Below, one piece after another: positions 8,318-15,182 of a stretch of 64,000 nt of DNA. The notes below the pieces were generated by a model. The model had not been told where the DNA came from. It worked only from the letters and a program-made list of their open reading frames with translations, and did no database searches. The translations under genes were made by a program, and so were the position numbers. Source of the DNA: Candidatus Peregrinibacteria bacterium Greene0416_19 (GTDB lineage: Bacteria; Patescibacteriota; Gracilibacteria; Peribacterales; Peribacteraceae); the NCBI GenBank assembly GCA_007375735.1, contig VMEW01000001.1, forward strand, positions 11,831-75,830, written 5' to 3'. Position 1 is the first letter of the stretch. Every line of letters begins with the position of its first letter.

Positions 8318-8341
8318 CCGCGCCCGTGGAAGGGCGCTCTC
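8318..8341. repeat. solitary REP of the 5422-5509 family
   Basis: CCGCGCCCGTGGAAGGGCGCTCTC has one mismatch to the reverse complement of 5422-5445. Confidence 0.8.
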
Positions 8342-8415
8342 ACGGTGAAAGAATTTGCGTTGTAGCCGAGATTTTGATTATTGAAAAAAATGTGTTTTAC
8401 ATGTATTATATACAT

Positions 8416-9186
8416 ATGAAACTGCACACACCTTCTTCTTTGACAGGTCCCTCCGCCCCGTTGGAGCCCGAAGGTGCACTGCCTGTTTCCGATACGATAG
8501 AGCGAGACCGGGCTCAGAGCGGAAATATCGCACGTAGGATGGCTGATCTTCCGACTGCGCCGGAGTACCGCAATGGTCTGCCCGTGCTCACCCCGGAGGA
8601 ATTCCGCACCAATTACAACACGGATCAGGGTATCAACGGCATCGGGTCCATGACCACGTTCGATTTCCAAGGTTACGTTCGGACGAAAGACGGTGTCCAT
8701 TTCAAGGATGTTCTGGCGACTAACGGTCTCCTGAAGACGGAAACGTGTAAGGGCATACATGTGGGCACGGATGGAATCGTGGATTACAGTGCGATGACAG
8801 AAAATCGTCAGATGAAAGGTCCTCAGGATGTCGGAGAGTACGATATGTACATCCTCGTTCCCGGTGAGATTCAGCGGCAAACCGGCTGCGTGTGTGAATG
8901 CGATTCGTGTCGACGTCTTGATGATTTCAACGGTACAAAGGAAGAACTTGAAAAAATCTACAGTGGAGAAGGCTACATCGTCATCCGCATGATGCTGGAT
9001 CCCAAAGAAGACCCCCATGCGAGGGACAAAGCTGCCATCATCCATGATCTCATTGTGCATCACATCCGCGCAGGGAAGCCCCTCTATGAGATCGAATCGC
9101 TCCAGCGCGAGTGGGAGGGCAGATTGATGGGCATCTCGGAAAACGATCTGCATCGCGAGATGCGCACTCGGCATTTACTGGCATGA
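8416..9186 (+). CDS. hypothetical protein (no family recognised)
   Basis: 256 aa from ATG 8416, which lies 6 nt after TATTAT 8404-8409 in an AT-rich stretch. GC looks lower than the surroundings. Contains CVCECDSC. The opposite-strand ORF 8224..9174 looks like a shadow. Confidence 0.55.
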   Translation: MKLHTPSSLTGPSAPLEPEGALPVSDTIERDRAQSGNIARRMADLPTAPEYRNGLPVLTPEEFRTNYNTDQGINGIGSMTTFDFQGYVRTKDGVHFKDVLATNGLLKTETCKGIHVGTDGIVDYSAMTENRQMKGPQDVGEYDMYILVPGEIQRQTGCVCECDSCRRLDDFNGTKEELEKIYSGEGYIVIRMMLDPKEDPHARDKAAIIHDLIVHHIRAGKPLYEIESLQREWEGRLMGISENDLHREMRTRHLLA

Positions 9187-9229
9187 GAACGAACCTTCGA
9201 TGGAAGTATGTATTGGCACCCGGGTAGCG

Positions 9230-9254
9230 TCACATCCTCCCCACCACCCCCGCC
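9230..9254. repeat. 25-bp direct repeat, copy 2 (native recO 3' end)
   Basis: Identical to 8224-8248. It encodes the recO C-terminal residues AGVVGRM plus the stop. Confidence 0.9.
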
Positions 9255-9862
9255 GCCCTTAGCGGCGACGACAACTGCTCGCGGAGAATGTGATTGGTCA
9301 GCGCTTTCAGCTGCTCCGGAGAGGAGGGCACCGGAAGGTTCCTGAAATCCCCTTGCAACGCCACGTGCACGAACAGGTGATCGGCCACTTCCACATTTGC
9401 CATCTCCTCGATCTCCTCCGTCCCAGGCAAAAAGCCCAGATGATGGAGGAGGTGCAGCGTGTAGGCGAGGACGAGGTGCGGGACATCCTTTCCGCAGAGC
9501 ATGAGGAAGAGGCAGGTGGCGTCGAAGATTTTCGGGAGCGGCTCTTCTGCCTGCGTGAGTATAAGGAGAAGTTCGATTCCCTGTTGCGCTTCCGTGAAAA
9601 AGGACAGAGTGGCCACAGGTCTCTCACCTTTGGACTGCACGCCCGCGATGATCGACCCGGCTCGACTCTCTTTTAATTGCACAAGTGCTCGTTGAAATGG
9701 CAGGAGCGTGCCGCCCATCCGGCTCTTCAACTTCCGGACTCCTGAAGCCCTGGCCGATACTCTGCCGAGCTCCCGCGTCAGGAGCACGCAGTAGCGGTCC
9801 GCCTCGCCGACATCGTAGGTGCGGAGAATGAGAGCGTCGACGGTTCTCGCGTGCGGCATCAC
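9230..9862 (-). CDS. recO: DNA repair protein RecO
   Basis: N-terminal OB-fold-like DALILRTYDVGEADRYCVLLTRELGRVSARASGVRK is typical of RecO. Start is GTG 9862 or ATG 9859, downstream of TATGAT (complement of 9868-9873). Confidence 0.85.
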   Translation of the reverse strand: MMPHARTVDALILRTYDVGEADRYCVLLTRELGRVSARASGVRKLKSRMGGTLLPFQRALVQLKESRAGSIIAGVQSKGERPVATLSFFTEAQQGIELLLILTQAEEPLPKIFDATCLFLMLCGKDVPHLVLAYTLHLLHHLGFLPGTEEIEEMANVEVADHLFVHVALQGDFRNLPVPSSPEQLKALTNHILREQLSSPLRAAGVVGRM

Positions 9863-9868
9863 TGCGCA

Positions 9869-10804
9869 TCATACCTTCCTCACCCCCCACCAGGCTCCAA
9901 CAACACTGATAAAGGGAACGCACAAAATCTGAAGAGCCAGGATCCAGAACCAGGAGCGCCGCAGCAGGTGGACCACTTCCCGGGTGAGGCCGCCGAAGGC
10001 GCCGTCAGCCGCCAGCGCCGGCACGGCGAGCGGCAGCAGATTGACGATGACGGCCGTGAGCAGCGTGGCGAGCAGGAGCGAGAGGAGGAGGAGGATTCCC
10101 GCCTCCATCGCGAAAGGCAGGAGGACCGACACCTCGTCCGCGCCCACCAGGCGCTCCACCGTCACTTCCTCTTCCCGGGCCGCCGACCGGCTGCGGATGA
10201 GGGACACGGTCACGGCCAGCACCACGACAGACAGAAGCACGATGAGGAGCGAAACCAGAGCGCGGATAGCCAGGGTTACGTGCAGAAGTTCCCGCGCCTC
10301 CCGTTCCTGGTCCGTGGCTTTGGTCAGGTACGAGGGATCGATCACGCTCTTCCACTGCGGTTGCCTCGTGAACGTGATGAAGGAGTCCACGTCTTCGAGC
10401 GACCGCAACGTCACCCCGATCGTATCCGGGAACGGATTGCGGAGACCGTACTTTTCCAGGAATTGGACAAGGTTGGGGTCGCGCCTCCGTTCCTCTTCGT
10501 ACGCTTTCTCCTTGGTGATGTAGACGGCACGTTCGACCGCAGGGAGGGCCCGCGCCGCCGCGAAGAATAGCTGCGCGTCCTGGTCGGTGGCGCTCGTGAG
10601 CAGCTCTAGGCGCAGATCGGTCCGCGCGCGTAGCAGGTGCTGCAGCCCCTGCACGCCGATCATCAGGAACAGGAACAGCTGTCCGAGCAAGACGATGCCG
10701 AGCAGGGTGGTGAAGGCGCCGGCCCAGGTGCGCTCACGCAACAGGGAGACATACCCGCGCCGGAGACCCCGCTTGACGGTGAGAAGAGTCAGTCCATGAA
10801 GCAC
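9869..10804 (-). CDS. FtsX-like permease (cell-division/ABC-type)
   Basis: N-terminal TM, large extracytoplasmic loop and three C-terminal TMs. I prefer GTG 10804 (7 nt after TATACT, complement of 10812-10817). The track start 10897 reads through an AT-rich repeat. No ftsE is adjacent. Confidence 0.7.
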   Translation of the reverse strand: MLHGLTLLTVKRGLRRGYVSLLRERTWAGAFTTLLGIVLLGQLFLFLMIGVQGLQHLLRARTDLRLELLTSATDQDAQLFFAAARALPAVERAVYITKEKAYEEERRRDPNLVQFLEKYGLRNPFPDTIGVTLRSLEDVDSFITFTRQPQWKSVIDPSYLTKATDQEREARELLHVTLAIRALVSLLIVLLSVVVLAVTVSLIRSRSAAREEEVTVERLVGADEVSVLLPFAMEAGILLLLSLLLATLLTAVIVNLLPLAVPALAADGAFGGLTREVVHLLRRSWFWILALQILCVPFISVVGAWWGVRKV

Positions 10805-10834
10805 GGTGGTCAGTATAGACGCTCGCCCGCCGGC

Positions 10835-10893
10835 ATTGAGAATTGAGAATTGAAAATTGAGCATTACATTCTCCATTCTCAATTCAGCATTCC
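10835..10893. repeat. AT-rich imperfect palindrome of ATTGAGAAT / ATTCTCNATT words
   Basis: ATTGAGAATTGAGAATTGAAAATTGAGCATTACATTCTCCATTCTCAATTCAGCATTCC. Same word family as 611-642 and 4779-4807. Confidence 0.75.
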
Positions 10894-10898
10894 CCACA

Positions 10899-11531
10899 TC
10901 ATGAGACGGCTTGCTTCGCTTTCTCGCGCCTTCTCGGCTCCGCGAGCGACATCAAGTGCTCGGTCGTCTGCAGACACTCCTTCGCGCGGCGGTTCTCCGG
11001 TTCCAGATCCAGCGCGCGGCGGAAGAGCATGATCGCTTTGGAAAAGTGGCGTACTTGCAGGTACGCCACCCCCAGGTCGCAGAGAGTGAGGACGCTGTCC
11101 TTGTCAATATTGAGCGACCGCTCGAGCGTGACGACGCCCTGCGCGCGCTTACCGGCATTGAAGAGAGACCACCCCAGACATCGCAGGATCTCGCTGTTAT
11201 TCGGCTTCAATGCGTTAGCGGTCTTGAGTTGCCGAGTGGACTCGCGCCAGTGTTCCTCACGTGAGCGCAGGAAACCCAGAATGTAGTAGCCGGTGTAGCT
11301 CTCCCGATCGAGGCGCACCGCTTCCGCCGCCGCCGCCTCCGCCCGAGCATGGCGGCCCAGGCTCAGTTCGTTGTCAGCGATTTCCTCCAGTGCGGATACG
11401 TTGCTGGGATCTTCCAGCAGAAGTTCCTCCAGGATCATGAGTGCGGCTACATGATCTCCCTGGAGCTTGAGCTGTTCCGCATGCTCGAGGCGATCCAACG
11501 TGTCATCGGACCCGTCGTCGTGAGGCATCAT
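10899..11531 (-). CDS. tetratricopeptide repeat protein
   Basis: 210 aa with several TPR-like 34-aa units (A..Y..LG/A..AL.L.P). ATG lies 8 nt after TACAAT (complement of 11540-11545). Confidence 0.8.
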   Translation of the reverse strand: MMPHDDGSDDTLDRLEHAEQLKLQGDHVAALMILEELLLEDPSNVSALEEIADNELSLGRHARAEAAAAEAVRLDRESYTGYYILGFLRSREEHWRESTRQLKTANALKPNNSEILRCLGWSLFNAGKRAQGVVTLERSLNIDKDSVLTLCDLGVAYLQVRHFSKAIMLFRRALDLEPENRRAKECLQTTEHLMSLAEPRRREKAKQAVS

Positions 11532-11690
11532 GATGCCCCATTGTAGGGAAGACCAGTGTGGTTGCCAGTATTTTTCTGGCCATTCTTCCCTTGCATGCCT
11601 TCCGTGAGTCCATCAGTCACGATCGGCACCACCAATGAACATCTTGTGGCTTCCGCAAGAGCTCTTGTAAACTTCATCCGTTCATTTTCT

Positions 11691-11707
11691 GCCGCCCTAG
11701 CTCAGAG
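11691..11707 (+). other. orphan copy of the tRNA-Thr 5' end (acceptor 5' strand + D-arm start)
   Basis: GCCGCCCTAGCTCAGAG is identical to 11787-11803, 96 nt upstream of the real tRNA. It is followed by a CCGAGCGG/CCGCTCGG hairpin. Confidence 0.7.
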
Positions 11708-11786
11708 CCCAGCTCCGCCGAGCGGAGCGTCAGAAAACAAGAACCGCTCGGTCGTCGATCATTTCTTCCTCCATCACCATTCATAC

Positions 11787-11861
11787 GCCGCCCTAGCTCA
11801 GAGGTAGAGCACCTCCATGGTAAGGAGGGGGTCACGGGTTCAATTCCCGTGGGCGGCTCCA
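11787..11861 (+). tRNA. tRNA-Thr (anticodon GGU), CCA encoded
   Basis: Hand-folded cloverleaf. Acceptor GCCGCCC/GGGCGGC, D stem GCTC/GAGC and anticodon stem CCTCC/GGAGG with loop AUGGUAA. T arm ACGGG-TTCAATT-CCCGT, discriminator T, then CCA. Confidence 0.9.
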
Positions 11862-12093
11862 CGTACCAGAACGCCGCAGGCCCTTCGGGCAAGCGCTGCG
11901 CTTTCGCTTGCGTGCGTCGTTCGGTACGTGGCACCGCCGAGGCTGTTCTGGGACGTGCCCTGTACCGATGCGTTGTTCTCGTGCTACTGGCACCCGGAAA
12001 GCATCTGGTACAGGGCAGAAGTATGAGCACCCTCAAACCGAGCGCACAATCATCTCCCTCTTTACCTGGGTAGAGTAGAATTGCCATGTTCTC

Positions 12094-12681
12094 ATGACGA
12101 AGCCTCTTCCCTCTGCCGGCGTTCTCCTTCTTTCCATTTTCCTCTTGTCCTGCGGCGCCCAACCGATCTCGGAGAATACATCCAGCGCTCCTGGCTTCGA
12201 CTTCAGCCGCGAGCCAGTCTCCTTCACCTACGAACCATCCGATCGCAACTACGGAAGCACTCTTTCGAAGAGGGTGGAATTGATGCCGTTCACCGGCAAA
12301 GATCTGGCGGCGATGTGGGGGTGCGGCGATGCCGTCGCGGGACAGTATGATGGCCTGACCGCGATGTTCGCTGGCGCGCAGAAGACCATCTATTCGGTGG
12401 CGTACGTGACTGGCAATGTTGCGCGACAAACGGATGCTGCTCTGCAACCGAAGAAAGTAGGCACATACGAGCTGGCGCTCTATCCGAACATGGCGGGATA
12501 CCAGGATGTCGCCGCGTTTCAGAATCAGTTTCCTCCCTGCGGCGCCGGCGGCCCGCATCCCGTTCTCGTGAGCAGGCAGTGGCTCGTGTTTGAACATCGC
12601 TGCTACGACATCCCGATGGACGGCATGGAGCTGTGTGACGAGCTGACTGCGCCCGCCGCTGGGAGCGTCCGGTTACGCTGA
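12094..12681 (+). CDS. putative lipoprotein (hypothetical)
   Basis: Signal peptide with lipobox LLSC (MTKPLPSAGVLLLSIFLLSCG). No family recognised. Confidence 0.6.
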   Translation: MTKPLPSAGVLLLSIFLLSCGAQPISENTSSAPGFDFSREPVSFTYEPSDRNYGSTLSKRVELMPFTGKDLAAMWGCGDAVAGQYDGLTAMFAGAQKTIYSVAYVTGNVARQTDAALQPKKVGTYELALYPNMAGYQDVAAFQNQFPPCGAGGPHPVLVSRQWLVFEHRCYDIPMDGMELCDELTAPAAGSVRLR

Positions 12682-12761
12682 GACCAGCCCCCGTGCGAGA
12701 CGTCTCCAGGCGTTGGCACGCTTGGTGACACGGACTCGTCGACGAACTTCACGGACCGGGG

Positions 12762-13058
12762 CTACACCTGTTCGTTCTCTGTCTGCCTCACCGATGTGGT
12801 TGCTCCATTGTCGACATCACCGATTTGCTCCAGAACAAGGCGAACGCTGTAGCCCAGCGCCCCGGCCAAGTTCGTAATGGTCTCCATCGACGGAGAATTC
12901 TTCCCAAGCTCAATCTGACTAATGTACTCCAGTGACACACGCGTCCGACGAGAGAGTTGCTGCAGCGTCAGTCCACGGGCCTTACGGAGTTGATGAATTG
13001 TACTGCCGAATTGGTCGAAGCTCGTGGTCACTCCCGCTTTCAATGCGCTTTTCGCCAT
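12762..13058 (-). CDS. XRE-family helix-turn-helix transcriptional regulator
   Basis: HTH_3-like core: IHQLRKARGLTLQQLSRRTRVSLEYISQIELGKNSPSMETI. Start uncertain (ATG 13058 or GTG 13031). Either start overlaps the sufU-like 3' end. Confidence 0.7.
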   Translation of the reverse strand: MAKSALKAGVTTSFDQFGSTIHQLRKARGLTLQQLSRRTRVSLEYISQIELGKNSPSMETITNLAGALGYSVRLVLEQIGDVDNGATTSVRQTENEQV

Positions 13059-13479
13059 CTGGTTGAGGAGGGCAGAGTCTTCCCGCCGTCTCCATCCAAC
13101 TCTGCGGCGGCAAGCTCTGGAACTTCCTGATGGCATTCTTCAGCGTGTGCAGGCACAGCAGCGCGCACTTGGAGCGTCGCTGCCCGATGGAGACACCGAG
13201 CATGGTGCGGATGTTCTGCTCGCCCAGGGTGTTCACTTCATCGATGGTTTTGCCGGTCAGTTCCTCGCACAGCATCGACATGCCGGCCTGACTGATGGCG
13301 CAGCCGGTGCCATCCCAACCCACCACCTCAATCGCTCTCTCTTGTATGAGGAGGTCGACGGTCAGTGCGTCCCCGCAGGAGTGATTCACTTCCTCGTGGG
13401 AGATAGACGGCTGCGCGAGCCGCGATTTTCCGCGAGGATGCCGGTAATGGTCGAGGATCTGCTCGGCGTAGACGTCCAT
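12982..13479 (-). CDS. sufU: NifU/IscU/SufU-type Fe-S cluster scaffold
   Basis: Three Cys ligand contexts (NHSCGD, GTGCAIS, RSKCALL) and YRHPRG near the N-terminus. The non-conserved C-terminal tail is long. Confidence 0.8.
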   Translation of the reverse strand: MDVYAEQILDHYRHPRGKSRLAQPSISHEEVNHSCGDALTVDLLIQERAIEVVGWDGTGCAISQAGMSMLCEELTGKTIDEVNTLGEQNIRTMLGVSIGQRRSKCALLCLHTLKNAIRKFQSLPPQSWMETAGRLCPPQPDGEKRIESGSDHELRPIRQYNSSTP

Positions 13480-13480
13480 T

Positions 13481-13497
13481 TATAATTATAGTATAAT
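13481..13497. promoter_or_regulatory. back-to-back TATAAT boxes for divergent leaderless genes
   Basis: TATAAT 13492-13497 lies 6 nt before ATG 13504. TATAAT on the minus strand (complement of 13485-13490) lies 5 nt before ATG 13479. The intergenic gap is 24 nt. Confidence 0.6.
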
Positions 13498-13503
13498 GAT
13501 TCT

Positions 13504-13797
13504 ATGGTGAACTTCACACTCATCGATAAATTTTCCTCTCCGGACACCACCCTCCCTCCGCCCGCCATCGCCACGGAGCTTTTCAACAGTATTCGACAGT
13601 TCACGGAGGAAACGTTGCCAGTGTACAGTAAGACGCCGGATAGGGTGCGGACGGCTGAGGGTGTGCAGCGTATCACGTCGTGCCTGGGCGCGCTCGAGAG
13701 TGTGTGCGTCGTGCTCGGCGCCGGTGACGATGAATACCTCTCGCGAGAGATGACGCGCATTCGCAGCGGACTGACCGCCATGCTGACCGGTGATTAG
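13504..13797 (+). CDS. hypothetical protein inside the suf locus
   Basis: 97 aa. Codon third positions are GC-rich like neighbouring genes. Its end overlaps the sufS stop by 4 nt (convergent). Confidence 0.55.
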   Translation: MVNFTLIDKFSSPDTTLPPPAIATELFNSIRQFTEETLPVYSKTPDRVRTAEGVQRITSCLGALESVCVVLGAGDDEYLSREMTRIRSGLTAMLTGD

Positions 13798-15026
13798 TGC
13801 GAGAGGAGCACGGCGAGAACCTGCTCGATCGCTCCAGCTGCCGCATCGATTTCCTCGGTCATGTTGTAGATCCCGATCGACAGCCGCGTGGTGGCGGTCA
13901 GGCCCAAGCGACGATGGAGTGGTTGGGTGCAGTGGTGCCCGGCGCGCAGGCAGATGCCCCGCTTTCCGAGAATGTCCGTCAGGTCGTGCGGGTGCACACC
14001 GTCGATGGTGAAGCTCAGGCAGCCGTGGATATCCGACGGATCATCGGAGCCGATGATGCGCAGCCCGTCGATGCTGGTGAGCGTTCGGTACGTATGATCG
14101 ATGAGCGACCGCTCGTGCGCGATGATCTCATCCCACGGGTATTGCGAGAGCCAGTCGATCGCCGACCGGAGGCCGACTGCCTCAGCCACGGGCATCGTCC
14201 CGGCCTCAAATTTGTGCGGGATGTCTGCAGACGAGAATCCATCGGTCGTCACTTCATGGATCATCTGGCCCCCGCCGAGGAAGGGTGGCATCCTCTCCAG
14301 GAGCGCGCGTTTGCCGTAGAGGACGCCGATTCCGGTTGGTCCGTAGAGCTTGTGCCCGGAGAAAGCGAGGAAATCAATATCCAGTGCCCGCACATCGGTG
14401 GGCATGTGCGCTATTGATTGCGCGGCGTCGACCAGGACGAGCGCGCCGGCAGCGCGCGCAAGGTGGATCATCTCCGCGAGGGGCGGCCGCACGCCGAGGA
14501 CGTTACTTTGCCCCGTAACGCCCACAAGCTTCACGCGCCCGCCCCTCAGATACTCCCGCAACTGATCGAGCCGCAGATGCCCCCGGTCGTCGATGTCGAT
14601 CCAGCGGATGACGATGCCGCGCTCCGCTGCGAGTGCCTGCCACGCTACGATATTACTGTGATGTTCGAGTAGCGTGAGGAGCACCTCATCGCCGGTTTTC
14701 AACGTCGATCCTAAGGAGCGTGCGACCAGATTGATCGCCTCGGTGCAGTTTTTGGTGAAGATGATTTCCTCCGGCGCGGCCGCGCCGATGAAGCGCTGGA
14801 CGGTCCGGCGCGCTTCCTCGTAGGCGATCGTAGCTTCCTCCGCGAGCACGTGCATGCTGCGGTGCGGATTTCCGTTACTCTCCCGGTAGAAACGATCCAT
14901 CGATTGCACCACCGCTTCCGGCTTCAGCGCGGTCGCCGCGTTGTCCAGGCAGATGAGAGGATGTCCGTTGATGGTTCTGCGGAGAATGGGGAATTCCCGG
15001 CGGATGGCGGCGACGTTCAAGGCCAT
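13794..15026 (-). CDS. sufS: cysteine desulfurase, SufS-like (class V aminotransferase)
   Basis: PLP-Lys context SGHKLYGPTGIGVLYG and catalytic Cys loop RAGHHCTQPL. Confidence 0.9.
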   Translation of the reverse strand: MALNVAAIRREFPILRRTINGHPLICLDNAATALKPEAVVQSMDRFYRESNGNPHRSMHVLAEEATIAYEEARRTVQRFIGAAAPEEIIFTKNCTEAINLVARSLGSTLKTGDEVLLTLLEHHSNIVAWQALAAERGIVIRWIDIDDRGHLRLDQLREYLRGGRVKLVGVTGQSNVLGVRPPLAEMIHLARAAGALVLVDAAQSIAHMPTDVRALDIDFLAFSGHKLYGPTGIGVLYGKRALLERMPPFLGGGQMIHEVTTDGFSSADIPHKFEAGTMPVAEAVGLRSAIDWLSQYPWDEIIAHERSLIDHTYRTLTSIDGLRIIGSDDPSDIHGCLSFTIDGVHPHDLTDILGKRGICLRAGHHCTQPLHRRLGLTATTRLSIGIYNMTEEIDAAAGAIEQVLAVLLSH

Positions 15027-15182
15027 AGATGATCAGTATACGGCCGTCAAGCACGCGGGGGCAGAGCCCCCGCGCTTGACCCTGAGCCAGCCGGACGTGG
15101 AACGCCATTCTCCGACGCGGCCGCAAGCGGCCGCGCTTCGTCGAAGGGTGACTCGTTTCGCAGAAGACGCTAGACTGCCCAC

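Noticed and set aside
8224-9174. 316-aa minus-strand ORF covering the inserted segment
   Set aside because: The plus-strand ORF has a better promoter/start context (TATTAT box) and more protein-like composition. The minus ORF begins in the duplicated recO tail, which argues for read-through artefact. Confidence in either ORF is moderate.
11861-12030. Possible SRP (4.5S) RNA or tmRNA downstream of the tRNA
   Set aside because: I could not find the conserved SRP domain IV sequence (GGUCCGGAAGGAAGCAGC-like) or a tmRNA tag reading frame or tRNA-like end. It is kept only as an unassigned structured region.
11532-12093. Integrated prophage or genomic island at the tRNA-Thr gene
   Set aside because: No integrase, excisionase or phage-like genes flank the tRNA. 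The duplicated segment is the tRNA 5' end rather than the 3' end.
11674-12597. 307-aa minus-strand ORF
   Set aside because: It runs antisense through the tRNA-Thr gene and the lipoprotein gene, with shadow composition.
12762-13058. XRE regulator as the antitoxin of a toxin-antitoxin pair
   Set aside because: No small partner ORF with toxin features is adjacent. The neighbours are a lipoprotein gene (convergent) and sufU.
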